IMG/VR virus record: IMGVR_UViG_3300020182_000010
Span: 64,001-128,000 of that record
Length of the DNA stretch: 64,000 nt
Strand: one strand, 5' to 3'
Source of the DNA: a virus
The translations under genes were made by a program, and so were the position numbers. The notes under the pieces are model-generated. The model did not search any database and was not told the DNA's origin. It saw only the letters and a list, made by a program, of their open reading frames with translations. Shown here one piece after another: positions 9,516 through 19,516 of this stretch (the stretch's first letter is position 1; the number at the start of each line of letters is the position of its first letter).

Positions 9516-11273
9516 TTATCTAGTACCGTTTGGCAATAGAGAATAGTCAACCTGATAGAAACCATTTTCATGTAATGTAACTGCATTTGCATACTTTGTT
9601 TCAAGTAGTTCTTGTGCCATTACACCTTTTTGTTTTACACTATCACCAACATAGTTATAAGTATAAACACTAAGACCATCAACTGTGCTAACTAGTTTTA
9701 CATTTTCTTTGAGGCGAGTATCACTGAAGAGTTTCTTAAATGATTTACCTACAGATTTTGCTGCATCCTTGGCTGCTTTTGCTGCGGCATTCGCTGCATC
9801 TTCTGCGGCTTTTGCGGCGGCATTCGCTGCATCAGTGATTGCTTTCGATGCATCATTAATTGCATTATTACAAGTATTGATAGCATCATTGCAACCTTTA
9901 ATTGCTGTATTCGCACTATTCAGCATATTTTGTGCGCTGAATGTTTTTTCTGTCCAGTTAGCAACATCATTTGCTGCATCAGTGATTGCCTTACCTGTAT
10001 CCTCAATAGCCTGTCCTGTGTCATCTACCGCTTTTTGTGCACTTTTATAAGTTTGTTCTGCTTGTTTCGCTACATCGTTTGCAAGTTTTTCAGCATCTTT
10101 GGCTGCTTTAATTGCTTCATCTTGTGCCTTATCGATTCCATCAGTTACGTGATCCATTGCATCTTCAATTGTTCCACCAGCATCAAGGATTGCTTGTGCA
10201 CCATCTACTAGTGGACCAATATCAATATCAACATCAACATCAATATCTAATCCAACAAGTAATGCAGCCTTACCATCAATACCGAAACTGATTGTGTCAT
10301 CTTCATATGTAGCGTGTGCAGAACCTTGTGCCCCAACTTGTGCGCCTACACTCACTTCAGTACTACCTGATACTTCGGCACCGCCCAAATGTGCTGACCC
10401 ACTTGCTTCTGCACCTACACTAGCACCCGCAATGGCACCCGCTTCCACTGATGCACCGTGTTCACCGATACTTGCACTTGCACCTGCTTCAGCATATGCT
10501 TCAGCATGTACATTCGCTTCACCGTCTGCGCCGGCATCTATTGAAATATCACCTAATGGTGTATCTAGGCCGACACTTGCATCTACTGATCCACTTGCTC
10601 CTGCTTCTGCACGTGCACTTGCGCCAACAGACGCAGCAGCCGTTGCATCACTGCCATCCCAGCCTCCACTTGCATTAGCGTGTGCTTCTGCTTCTGCACT
10701 TGCGTGTGCTTCTGCTTCGCCTTCTGCACCAGCGTGGGCTGTTCCTAATGGACCTAAATCTTGCTCTGCATGTGCTTCCGCAATTGCGCTTGCACTTGCT
10801 TCCGCACTTGCGTGTGCTTCCGCACCTGCTGCAAAGGAACTGCCATCTGATTGAAATCCTGCACTTGCGCCTGCCTCTGCACTCGCACTTGCTTGCGCAC
10901 TACCGCTTGCTCCCGCCTGTTCGTTTCCCACTGATCCACCAGTTTCAACTGATGTACCTGCTGCAACATTAACGGTATATTGTGGTTTAGAAACTTTTAA
11001 AACATTCGCTTGGGCATTAGTAACAGCGGCTGCGGCAGCATTATAATCTGCCTCTGCTTGTTTTTCCGCTGCCTCTGCTGCCGCATGGTCTGCCTCTGCT
11101 TTATCATGCGCTGCTTGTGCATCACGTTGCTGTTTTTCTGCAGATGCTTTTTTGGCTTCTGCGTCTGCTTTGTCTTTTTGCGCTTGTGCCTTATCGGCTT
11201 GCGCTTTATTTTTTTTGTCTTGTTCTTGGGCTTTTTGTTGTTCTGCCCGTTTTTTGTCGTCCTCGGCGCTCAT
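9516..11273 (-). CDS. Ala/Gly-rich fibrous protein with C-terminal intramolecular chaperone/autoprocessing (peptidase S74) domain
   Basis: SDTRLKENV..YTYNY..GVMAQEL..YQVDYSLL; coiled-coil ends and an AxAxA beta-rich middle. Confidence 0.8.
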   Translation of the reverse strand: MSAEDDKKRAEQQKAQEQDKKNKAQADKAQAQKDKADAEAKKASAEKQQRDAQAAHDKAEADHAAAEAAEKQAEADYNAAAAAVTNAQANVLKVSKPQYTVNVAAGTSVETGGSVGNEQAGASGSAQASASAEAGASAGFQSDGSSFAAGAEAHASAEASASAIAEAHAEQDLGPLGTAHAGAEGEAEAHASAEAEAHANASGGWDGSDATAAASVGASARAEAGASGSVDASVGLDTPLGDISIDAGADGEANVHAEAYAEAGASASIGEHGASVEAGAIAGASVGAEASGSAHLGGAEVSGSTEVSVGAQVGAQGSAHATYEDDTISFGIDGKAALLVGLDIDVDVDIDIGPLVDGAQAILDAGGTIEDAMDHVTDGIDKAQDEAIKAAKDAEKLANDVAKQAEQTYKSAQKAVDDTGQAIEDTGKAITDAANDVANWTEKTFSAQNMLNSANTAIKGCNDAINTCNNAINDASKAITDAANAAAKAAEDAANAAAKAAKDAAKSVGKSFKKLFSDTRLKENVKLVSTVDGLSVYTYNYVGDSVKQKGVMAQELLETKYANAVTLHENGFYQVDYSLLPNGTR

Positions 11274-11418
11274 ATTACTATTATTCCTTTGCTTTTAAGA
11301 TTAATGTTCTTTGTATTTCCCATCAATATCATAATATGCAGAATTATATATTGCCCAAGATATACTATTATGTATTTTGTGGTCTTGCACTCTTAATTTT
11401 TTATACCATTGTGAGAAG

Positions 11419-11447
11419 AGTATAACACGATTTTTCATTCTTGTCAA
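11419..11447 (-). promoter_or_regulatory. sigma70 promoter TTGACA-N17-TATACT
   Basis: Near-consensus hexamers with 17-bp spacer. Confidence 0.7.
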
Positions 11448-11454
11448 CAACTTT

Positions 11455-12429
11455 TTATTTTTTCCATTCGCCTAATACACTATCATCTTTCAAATATTGT
11501 AATCTTTCAGCCCATTTTACTTCTTCACCTTGTTTAATGATGTTATCAATATTTTCAATATAAGAATCCATAAAGTGATCAGGTAATTCTTTGCCTATTT
11601 CATAGAATGAAAAACTTTCTCTTGCTGCAAATAACCAAAAACTATTTACACCAAAATTTAGACTATCAGGCTCTTCAAGGTAACAATACTTTCCATCTTC
11701 TAATAGTTTGATTAGTTCACCAGTGTGTGCATATCTATGCATATGGGTACCTGATGGGGGAACGAGTGGAACAACATCTGTTTCATTCACAACTCTTGTT
11801 AGTTTAATCTTACCTCGCATTTTTCGAATACCTTGAGATGATGTTACTTTAGGCTGACCAAAGTTTATACATTCAGATACCGTATGCCCTGAGTAGTCCA
11901 AATACCAACTTACTATTAGTGCTTCTGCAGCACCCAAACTATGCCCAGTTACATATGTAGACCAAGTTTTATCAAGTCTGGAAATCAAATCATCAGCAAT
12001 CATTTCTGCTGTGCTATGAAACCCTTTGTGTAGTTCTATACCAAGTCTAACACTTTTGCTACGAAAGAAATTTATATCTTGCATTGCATTATGTGAATTG
12101 CATGTACCACGTATAGAAATATATTGTTTTTTATTATCTGGATCGAATATGACAATGTATTTTATATCATTTATTTCATTGATATACATATCATAATCAG
12201 TATATAATCCTTTGATTACATTGTTGTCTTTCTTATATGCGGCTCTTGCGAATTGAGCAAACCATTTTATATTTTCCCAATCAACTTCGTGTGATTTTGT
12301 GAAACTTTGATTAAATTTATTCTCAAGCGAATAGCGTTTGATCATCCACCTTCGAACTATTTTTGCAATTTTCGATATTATCCATCCTTGGATAACCCAT
12401 CTAATCATATATGATATAATAAAACTCAT
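11455..12429 (-). CDS. Class 3 lipase (alpha/beta hydrolase)
   Basis: ISIRGT, HKGF, VTGHSLGAA, FGQPKV, DVVPLVP, distal His (DHFM). Confidence 0.88.
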   Translation of the reverse strand: MSFIISYMIRWVIQGWIISKIAKIVRRWMIKRYSLENKFNQSFTKSHEVDWENIKWFAQFARAAYKKDNNVIKGLYTDYDMYINEINDIKYIVIFDPDNKKQYISIRGTCNSHNAMQDINFFRSKSVRLGIELHKGFHSTAEMIADDLISRLDKTWSTYVTGHSLGAAEALIVSWYLDYSGHTVSECINFGQPKVTSSQGIRKMRGKIKLTRVVNETDVVPLVPPSGTHMHRYAHTGELIKLLEDGKYCYLEEPDSLNFGVNSFWLFAARESFSFYEIGKELPDHFMDSYIENIDNIIKQGEEVKWAERLQYLKDDSVLGEWKK

Positions 12430-12463
12430 TATAGTACTCCTATACTGAGTCTATTTATTACAT

Positions 12464-13870
12464 TTAATATTTCATATCTTCATCAATTGGTCTCACTTCA
12501 TTCGATATCAAAACAGTATTTACTAATGTTCTTACGCCAAATCCAACTGCCCCGCCCGGAACAACATCGTTGCCGCTTTCATTCCATGCCATGCCAGCAA
12601 TATCCAAATGTGCCCAATTACGATCTTTATCTACAAAACGATATAAGAATTCGGCAGCAGTAGTTGATCCACCACCTTTACCACCAATATTTTTCATATC
12701 TGCAATCTTCGAATCAATCATTTTATTCCAGTTTTTGCCCATCGGCATACGCCAATATGATTCACCGGCTAACTCACCACTTTCAATAATATCATTTCCA
12801 AACTCAGTAGAATTTGTAAATAGTCCAGCCATTTCGTGTCCCAATGATACGATGATGGCACCAGTTAGAGTTGCAAGATCAATAATACGATCTGGATCAT
12901 ATTCTGTTTGTACATAAGTCAATATATCGGCTAATACCAATCTACCTTCGGCATCTGTATTTAAGTTTTCAACTGTTTGTCCACTTAGTGATGTAACAAT
13001 ATCGCCGGGCTTAATCGCATTACCATCTGGCATGTTCTCTACTAGTCCAACAATTCCGACTACATTGGCTTGAATATTTTGTGCGGCGATGGCATGCATT
13101 GCTCCTACAACCGCAGCACTACCACCCATATCAAATTTCATATCACCCATGCCAGCACTTGGTTTGATAGAAATTCCACCAGTATCAAAGGTTACACCTT
13201 TGCCCACCAATGCAATCGGTCGTTCATCATCTCCGCCATTCCATTCCATTACAACAACATATGAATCTCTACGTGATCCTTGCCCCACACTTAGTAGCAA
13301 ATCAAATCCCATTGCTTTCAATTGTGCCTCGTGATATACTTTTACTGTTACACCCAACGGCATAAGTTCAGTACTAATAATATTTGCATATGTTTCAGGA
13401 TATAAAACATTACCTGGTTCTGAAACAAGATCACGTGCAAACGCAACACTTTTATGTATTGATACTTCTGGTACTGCATCGATGTGAACTGTTAGAGTTT
13501 CTGTATCTTTTTTAGATTTATATTTGTCAAACGTATATAATGCCAGATGTGCACCTTCATATATTGATTCATTAAAATCATTGTTAATTTCAAAGTACAA
13601 ATTATCAACACGACTTTTCCATTGTTTTACTAACTTACCACCAAAGTTACGCCAATCATTTCCAGTTACTGTATCTGTTTTTACAACAATAATCGCATCT
13701 ACATTAATCTTAGATGGAAAAGATATCACCACTTCTCCAGTATCTTTTGTTGCTAGTGATTTTAGTCCGCACACACTAGATACTACTCCACCTGATTTTT
13801 TATCAAGTGCTTTATATTCCTTGGAATCATACAATACTACAATTGCAGAGTTGGGTTCATAAGAACTCAT
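12464..13870 (-). CDS. pepA: Leucyl aminopeptidase (M17)
   Basis: GKGVTFDTGG, MKFDMGG, NTDAEGRL, LATLTGA, HLDIAG. Confidence 0.95.
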   Translation of the reverse strand: MSSYEPNSAIVVLYDSKEYKALDKKSGGVVSSVCGLKSLATKDTGEVVISFPSKINVDAIIVVKTDTVTGNDWRNFGGKLVKQWKSRVDNLYFEINNDFNESIYEGAHLALYTFDKYKSKKDTETLTVHIDAVPEVSIHKSVAFARDLVSEPGNVLYPETYANIISTELMPLGVTVKVYHEAQLKAMGFDLLLSVGQGSRRDSYVVVMEWNGGDDERPIALVGKGVTFDTGGISIKPSAGMGDMKFDMGGSAAVVGAMHAIAAQNIQANVVGIVGLVENMPDGNAIKPGDIVTSLSGQTVENLNTDAEGRLVLADILTYVQTEYDPDRIIDLATLTGAIIVSLGHEMAGLFTNSTEFGNDIIESGELAGESYWRMPMGKNWNKMIDSKIADMKNIGGKGGGSTTAAEFLYRFVDKDRNWAHLDIAGMAWNESGNDVVPGGAVGFGVRTLVNTVLISNEVRPIDEDMKY

Positions 13871-14310
13871 TATTTAAATCCTTTTTCTTTCATTAATTGA
13901 TTATGTTTTTCTATGTATTCATCTTTAAACTTTGGATGATTTGCATAATAATTTGCACCTTTGCCACCAGTATGTGCAAGTCTCACACTACCTGGAAAAC
14001 CATCGACATCATCTTTGTGTCTAGGGATAAAATGAATATGAGGCCACATAACTGTTTGTCCTGCGGCTTCGCCCATATTCATACCAAAATGATAAGCATC
14101 AATCTTGCCTTCATTTCTAAGAGCATCACCATATTCAATAGTTGCTTCTAATGCAAGTGTGATAAATTTTATATTATTTTGTCGAGGGACAAAAAGTAAG
14201 TGTCCATCACACACTGGCCATTTATCTTCATAAACTGCATAGTAATATTCATTGTGAAGCCGAAGATGTTCTGATTGCTCAAAGGGGGTGTCTTCAAATT
14301 TTTCAATCAT
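13870..14310 (-). CDS. HIT family nucleotide hydrolase (start re-assigned to ATG 14310)
   Basis: PVCDGHLLFVP, AGQTVMWPHIHFIPR. Confidence 0.9.
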   Translation of the reverse strand: MIEKFEDTPFEQSEHLRLHNEYYYAVYEDKWPVCDGHLLFVPRQNNIKFITLALEATIEYGDALRNEGKIDAYHFGMNMGEAAGQTVMWPHIHFIPRHKDDVDGFPGSVRLAHTGGKGANYYANHPKFKDEYIEKHNQLMKEKGFK

Positions 14311-15019
14311 GCCAGATATCCAAAACTGGCAATAAATGTGAAACAACCATCGCCGATTTTTTTGAACTATCATCCACGAATGTATCGAAATCTGTATGCG
14401 AATCTTCTCCTGCGAGATCACTTAGTACTCTGACAACAATGAATGGCACATTACATTGGCAACATACTTGTGCCAAAGCAGCACCTTCCATTTCGATAGC
14501 ATCAGCATTAAATTGATTGTAAAACATTTCTCTAGTCTGTGAACAACTAAGATACGTATCACCAGTTAGTATTGTTCCAAATTTTACATTTTTTCCCAGA
14601 TGTGATTGTAAATATTTTCGCATTTCAATACTCATTTCAAATGAGATTGGATTAGTTGAATCATCCAATGCTGGAAAACTTCCAGGTAAACTAGAGTATA
14701 CTTCTCCGTTTACTATGGCGCCATAATCATGTTGAATAAGTCTGTCTGCAATTATTACATCGCCGATATTATAGTTTGGATTTAGTCCACCCGCAACACC
14801 ACTAAACACGATACTATTACATTCAAAATGAGAAATTAATATGGTAGTTACAACTGCAGAGTTTACTTTTCCAATACCAGACTCAACTGCAATGATATCA
14901 ATGCCATTAATCTTACCAATTTGAAATTTCTTTTTCATAATTGTTTTAGTTACTGGTTCATTATCCCATTCAATTTTTGAATATTCTTCTGGAATAGCGG
15001 AAATCATTCCGACTGTCAT
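14303..15019 (-). CDS. mtnN: 5'-methylthioadenosine/S-adenosylhomocysteine nucleosidase
   Basis: SGIGKVNSA, SGVAGG, TGDTY, EMEGAA, RVLSDLA. Confidence 0.92.
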   Translation of the reverse strand: MTVGMISAIPEEYSKIEWDNEPVTKTIMKKKFQIGKINGIDIIAVESGIGKVNSAVVTTILISHFECNSIVFSGVAGGLNPNYNIGDVIIADRLIQHDYGAIVNGEVYSSLPGSFPALDDSTNPISFEMSIEMRKYLQSHLGKNVKFGTILTGDTYLSCSQTREMFYNQFNADAIEMEGAALAQVCCQCNVPFIVVRVLSDLAGEDSHTDFDTFVDDSSKKSAMVVSHLLPVLDIWHD

Positions 15020-15022
15020 TAA

Positions 15023-15766
15023 TTAATCCTCTTCAATATTATATTCTAGTCTATAACTTATTGCTAGGTGGCCTCGCATACTATTATTTATATTTTCATT
15101 ATATACTACGACATCAGAAATGTCAACGTCTATATTACTTACTAACTTATCTAAATTTGATGGGATGTGGTCTGGTACATACCAAGTATCATATTCATCT
15201 AAATGTGATTTGAAGCCATACTTATCTAACAGATGTTTGGTAGTTTCATCTTGCGGTGATCCAGGAATAGTATGAAAATCACCAGCAATAATAGTAGGTC
15301 TATCTTTATAAAGATTTAATAAAAACTCAATATCTGACCTTCTATCTAAATCGTTTATAAGTATTGAATTATTATCATTATTATCATTATTATCTTGCGG
15401 ATAACAGGGCAAAAATGTAATGATATTTACATTGTCGAGTTGTGCCCGTAATGCTGTGCAGCCTTGAGATTTATTATTTTTACCAATTTCTATCACCTTT
15501 TCATAGGACGGCAAAATAACACTTTTCATCTTTGAAAATGGATGACCAATATGATTTTTTCCCATTGCAACACATAAATTGCCTACCCCAGGAGTAGATT
15601 CTAGTAAGAATAGTCTGCAATCTAATACATTTTCTATTTCTTTCTTTGCTTCCATTGGCACACGCTGTAATAGGAATACATCTGCATCTTTTGCTGCGGT
15701 GCGTAAATAGTCTATTCCGCGCTGCATTGCATCCATGTTATATTGTAGTATTTTAATACTAGTCAT
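15023..15766 (-). CDS. Endonuclease/exonuclease/phosphatase (EEP) family protein
   Basis: KILQYN, DVFLLQ, IIAGDFH, LDKL, GHLAI (degenerate motifs). Confidence 0.65.
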   Translation of the reverse strand: MTSIKILQYNMDAMQRGIDYLRTAAKDADVFLLQRVPMEAKKEIENVLDCRLFLLESTPGVGNLCVAMGKNHIGHPFSKMKSVILPSYEKVIEIGKNNKSQGCTALRAQLDNVNIITFLPCYPQDNNDNNDNNSILINDLDRRSDIEFLLNLYKDRPTIIAGDFHTIPGSPQDETTKHLLDKYGFKSHLDEYDTWYVPDHIPSNLDKLVSNIDVDISDVVVYNENINNSMRGHLAISYRLEYNIEED

Positions 15767-15770
15767 TGAA

Positions 15771-16085
15771 TTATTCAGCAGGTTCTATACTAGTTGAAAG
15801 AGAAAAACCATTGGTTCTAGATGCACGTGTAGTTTCTTCAACTTTTTGTTCTGCAATTTCCATATAGTACATACCTACAATAGCATTTCCTTCATTATGA
15901 ATTTTACCTGCTAAATCAACCGATGTTTCAGATGTATGATTAAATAATTTTATTAATACTTCGATTACGAATTCAATGGGGGTAGTATTATCATTATGCA
16001 TTATTACATAATATCTTTTTGGAGCATCTATCCCCAATTCTGTTTCACTGATATTTGATACTAATGTTTTTTCATCTACTATCAT
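15771..16085 (-). CDS. clpS: ATP-dependent Clp protease adaptor ClpS
   Basis: YYVIMHNDNTTPIEFVIEVL..IHNEG..EIAEQK. Confidence 0.9.
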   Translation of the reverse strand: MIVDEKTLVSNISETELGIDAPKRYYVIMHNDNTTPIEFVIEVLIKLFNHTSETSVDLAGKIHNEGNAIVGMYYMEIAEQKVEETTRASRTNGFSLSTSIEPAE

Positions 16086-16125
16086 ACGTTGTTATTCCAA
16101 TTTTCATTTATACAGTATATTTATT

Positions 16126-16157
16126 AAAAAGAGAGAAATATTTCTATTTCTCTCTTA
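16126..16157 (-). terminator. Rho-independent terminator after hsp20
   Basis: AAGAGAGAAATA/TATTTCTCTCTT stem followed by T run. Confidence 0.7.
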
Positions 16158-16174
16158 ATATTATATCACAATTG

Positions 16175-16591
16175 TTAACGAATTGCAATAGTTTTTGGTT
16201 GTTTTTCCTCTGGAACTTTACGTTCCAGTGATACAAATAATAGTCCATCTTCCATAGTTGCATCAATTACTTCAACATAATCTGCCAGTTTCCATTCACG
16301 TGAAAAAGCACGGTTTGCGATACCACGGTGAAGAAACTCACGGCCTTCTTGTTCAATATCTGGTTTTGATCCAGTGATTGTAAGTAGTCCTTCTTTAATC
16401 GTAATTTCAATATCATCACGACTAAATCCTGCAAGTGCTAATGTAATTTGATATTTGTTTTCATCGATAGTTTCTACATTATATGGAGGATATCCTGTAT
16501 TATCCAAACGATTGAAATCATTTAGTAGTCTATCAAAGCCCAATACTGAGCGATGAAAATCAGGTAAGTTTAGTGTTGTTACTCTTGTCAT
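16175..16591 (-). CDS. Small heat-shock protein Hsp20 (IbpA-like)
   Basis: GFDRL, YPPYNV, ALAGF, LHRGIANRAF, DGLL, VPEEKQP. Confidence 0.93.
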   Translation of the reverse strand: MTRVTTLNLPDFHRSVLGFDRLLNDFNRLDNTGYPPYNVETIDENKYQITLALAGFSRDDIEITIKEGLLTITGSKPDIEQEGREFLHRGIANRAFSREWKLADYVEVIDATMEDGLLFVSLERKVPEEKQPKTIAIR

Positions 16592-16645
16592 TTTTTTTCT
16601 CCTTTAATAAGCAAGAATGTAGAATCCCAATAGGCGATCCCAGTT
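16592..16645 (-). promoter_or_regulatory. ROSE-like RNA thermometer in hsp20 5' UTR
   Basis: UCUUGCUU pairs with AAGGAGA (SD) with a bulged G; additional upstream hairpin. Confidence 0.65.
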
Positions 16646-16657
16646 AAATAAGTGTTA

Positions 16658-17188
16658 CTATTCTTTAGCAACACCTGCAAGTTTTTGTAGACGACCGATG
16701 AAACCTACATCATCACGTTCACCTTCAAAAACAAATGTGTTTGACTTTTTGTTGTTTCGCAACTTGGTATACATTTCACCTGCTTTGCCAGGACTTAATG
16801 TACCTACGTCAAACATCTCGTCACCAGATTTGTCATAGACTTTTGCGCCCTCTTTATCTTTAATAAGAACACCGTCTTGATTATAACTTGCACCAAGTTC
16901 AATCATCTGTTGACGAAACTTTTCATCTGCTCCCTCTGGAGCAATAACGAAAAGTGAATCTTCTGCCACATGCACTTCTTCTGGAGTGCCTTGATTTTCA
17001 ATCCAATAGCCATCCACAAAAAAGAAGCCATAGCCTAACTTGCGAATAGTTGCCGCAAGTTGCCGGTTACGTCTTACATTTTCTTCACGATCATACTCGC
17101 CGCGAAACGCTGTCAATAGAGCAATAGGTCTATCTGATTTTGCGTGTTGCCAAATGCGTGATAACGATGCTTCTTGTACTTGTGTCAT
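16658..17188 (-). CDS. Conserved phage hypothetical protein
   Basis: EASLSRIWQH..LTAFRGE..YNQDGVL; own promoter. Confidence 0.7.
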   Translation of the reverse strand: MTQVQEASLSRIWQHAKSDRPIALLTAFRGEYDREENVRRNRQLAATIRKLGYGFFFVDGYWIENQGTPEEVHVAEDSLFVIAPEGADEKFRQQMIELGASYNQDGVLIKDKEGAKVYDKSGDEMFDVGTLSPGKAGEMYTKLRNNKKSNTFVFEGERDDVGFIGRLQKLAGVAKE

Positions 17189-17236
17189 TTTTTCTCCTAA
17201 TAATTAATATAATGTATTTATTACATTATGTCAATA

Positions 17237-17473
17237 CTATACACCAATTTTTTCTGAAAAAAGTACAATATTTTTTGCTGGACCTATATTACATGGCAGA
17301 TCACCATATTCATCAATATAATGTTGAATAACCGCCTTATACCATATTTGGCTATTATGATGCGCCTGTTTATTAAATCGCCAAATACCATTACTAGACC
17401 CATCCATTGTAAGTAATGCTCTGGTTGATTCTTTCTGTAATGTTCTTAAATCTAGAGTATCTAAATCTATCAT
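17237..17473 (-). CDS. Hypothetical protein
   Basis: Coupled to bS21 (ATGA overlap). Confidence 0.65.
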   Translation of the reverse strand: MIDLDTLDLRTLQKESTRALLTMDGSSNGIWRFNKQAHHNSQIWYKAVIQHYIDEYGDLPCNIGPAKNIVLFSEKIGV

Positions 17474-17724
17474 ATATTATCTTGTTGACGTTTCATTTTT
17501 TGCCAACGCTTTCTTCCAGCATCTTTAGCCTTACGTTTTATTTCGCTTGGCTTTACATATTCTTTTCGTGTTCTAATTTCTTGTACTAGTCCTTCTTCGG
17601 TGCATTTCTTTTTAAATCTACGAAATGCTTTTTCAAAGTTTCCATTTTTTACTTCAACAGTCATTCCAGACTTCGCATATCTGTCACTGTCGTTTCCTTT
17701 TACATAGTGATTATTTTTAGTCAT
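17470..17724 (-). CDS. rpsU: Ribosomal protein bS21
   Basis: VEVKNGNFEKAFRRFKKKC..EIRTRKEYVKPSEIKRK. Confidence 0.9.
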   Translation of the reverse strand: MTKNNHYVKGNDSDRYAKSGMTVEVKNGNFEKAFRRFKKKCTEEGLVQEIRTRKEYVKPSEIKRKAKDAGRKRWQKMKRQQDNI

Positions 17725-18241
17725 TTTTTTGTATTAAACCTATAATTCTATTGCCATTTAGTTTTAATGGCTGTTCATATTTCCAGTTGGCTAAACCATT
17801 AGAAATTGCTTCTACAAAAAATGTCAGAACATCATGTGCTTTGGCATTTTCTCGGCCTTTCATTTGTATAGTTATTTTAACCTTAGAACCGTTATCAATA
17901 AACTTCTGTGCTTTGCGCAATTTTATTTGTAAGTCATGAATACCAATTCCAGGTCTGAATTTAACTTCTTTAATGTCAACAGCATTTGCCCTAGCAGATT
18001 TCTCTTGAAATTTCTGACGCTTTTTCAATTCATAATTGTATTTATTAAGACTAATTATTTTCGCTACCGGTGGCTTTGCATCTGGAACCATTAGTACTAA
18101 ATCCAAGCCTTCATCAGTTGCCATACGTTGTGCAGTCTCTTTTGACATCACGCCCAGTGTGTCGCCATCACTTCCTATAATTCGCAACTCATTAACTGTT
18201 ATTTGCTCATTATACTTAATTGCGGATTTGCTTCTATCCAT
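17717..18241 (-). CDS. infC: Translation initiation factor IF-3
   Basis: NEQI..LRIIG, GLDLV..PPVAKI, IKEVKFRPGI..HDL..K, GRE. Confidence 0.92.
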   Translation of the reverse strand: MDRSKSAIKYNEQITVNELRIIGSDGDTLGVMSKETAQRMATDEGLDLVLMVPDAKPPVAKIISLNKYNYELKKRQKFQEKSARANAVDIKEVKFRPGIGIHDLQIKLRKAQKFIDNGSKVKITIQMKGRENAKAHDVLTFFVEAISNGLANWKYEQPLKLNGNRIIGLIQKND

Positions 18242-19504
18242 TTATGTGTTTTGCTTAACCTTTTCTTCTTCATTGAACACTAACATTGGTTCTTTGTTTC
18301 CTAAAATGAATTCGTCTGTTATATGCACAGAACGAAGTCCTTGTTTTGCCAATTTTGGCAACTTAAATTGTATTTGTAAAAGTGATTTTTCAATTACACT
18401 TCTCAAACCTCGAGCACCTGTTTTATCAGTTGTTGCTTTTTCAGCAATACAATCAAGAGCAGAATCAGAAATAATTAACTCTACGCCATCAAATCTAAAC
18501 AATTTTTCAAATTGTGCAACAATACTATTTTTAGGCTCAGTTAATACTTGTACTAACTGACTTTTAGTAAGAGAATCAAGTCCAACAATAATTGGAAATC
18601 TGCCCATAAATTCTGGGATGACTCCATATTTTATTACATCTTGTGCTTCTACTTGCTCACGGATATTTATCTTTTTAGTTGATTTATCATAGATAACTGC
18701 ACCAAATCCGATGCCTGCATTTGATGTTACTCTACGTTCAATAATTTTATCAATACCAACAAAGGCGCCGCCTACTATAAACAATATTTTACTTGTATCA
18801 ATTTCAATCATATCTGATCCAGGATGCTTACGCCCACCACTAGGTGGAACACGAACAATTGTACCTTCTACAATTTTAAGCAATGCTTGCTGAACACCTT
18901 CACCACTAACGTCTTTTGTAATAGAAACATTTTCACCTTTTTTGGCTTTTTTATCAATTTCATCAATATATACAATACCTAATTCTGCTTTTTTAACATC
19001 AAAATCTGCAGCAATAAGTAATTTCTGGACTACGTTTTCTACATCGTCGCCTACATATCCACTTTCAGTTAATGAAGTTGCGTCAATTTGTGCAAATGGA
19101 ACATCTAAAAATTTAGCAACTGTTTTTGCAAGTAATGTTTTGCCAGTTCCCGATGGTCCCATAACCATTACATTAGACTTGTCTAATTCTATACCATCTG
19201 AATCATCAGAGTTAATACGTTTATAATGATTATATACTGCAACACTAAGCACTTCTTTTGCTTCGTCTTGTCCAATAACAAATGCATCTAAAAATTCTTT
19301 GATATCTTCTGGGCCTGGAATTGACTCTATACTATCACCACTAGCACTAGTAATAGTCAATTTTTCTTTGGGGTCATGAATTATTTCATAGCACAAGTCA
19401 ATGCACTCATTGCAAATGAACTGATTTGGTCCAGCAATGAGTGTTTTAACTATATCTTTTTCTTTGTTACAAAATGAACAAGTGTAATTTTTAGTATCTG
19501 TCAA
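18242..19504 (-). CDS. clpX: ATP-dependent Clp protease ATPase ClpX (TTG start)
   Basis: CSFC..ICNEC Zn domain, [20 protein letters not shown] loop, GARGLR. Confidence 0.96.
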   Translation of the reverse strand: MTDTKNYTCSFCNKEKDIVKTLIAGPNQFICNECIDLCYEIIHDPKEKLTITSASGDSIESIPGPEDIKEFLDAFVIGQDEAKEVLSVAVYNHYKRINSDDSDGIELDKSNVMVMGPSGTGKTLLAKTVAKFLDVPFAQIDATSLTESGYVGDDVENVVQKLLIAADFDVKKAELGIVYIDEIDKKAKKGENVSITKDVSGEGVQQALLKIVEGTIVRVPPSGGRKHPGSDMIEIDTSKILFIVGGAFVGIDKIIERRVTSNAGIGFGAVIYDKSTKKINIREQVEAQDVIKYGVIPEFMGRFPIIVGLDSLTKSQLVQVLTEPKNSIVAQFEKLFRFDGVELIISDSALDCIAEKATTDKTGARGLRSVIEKSLLQIQFKLPKLAKQGLRSVHITDEFILGNKEPMLVFNEEEKVKQNT

Positions 19505-19516
19505 GTATCACCTATA

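Noticed and set aside
9685-11425. Several long + strand ORFs opposite the Ala-rich gene (and similar antisense ORFs throughout)
   Set aside because: Shadow frames caused by GCN-rich codon bias; no RBS or recognisable motifs.
11301-11438. 45-aa minus-strand ORF MKNRVILFSQWYKK...
   Set aside because: Its start lies inside a consensus sigma70 promoter and it has no clear RBS; it cannot be supported, though it is not excluded.
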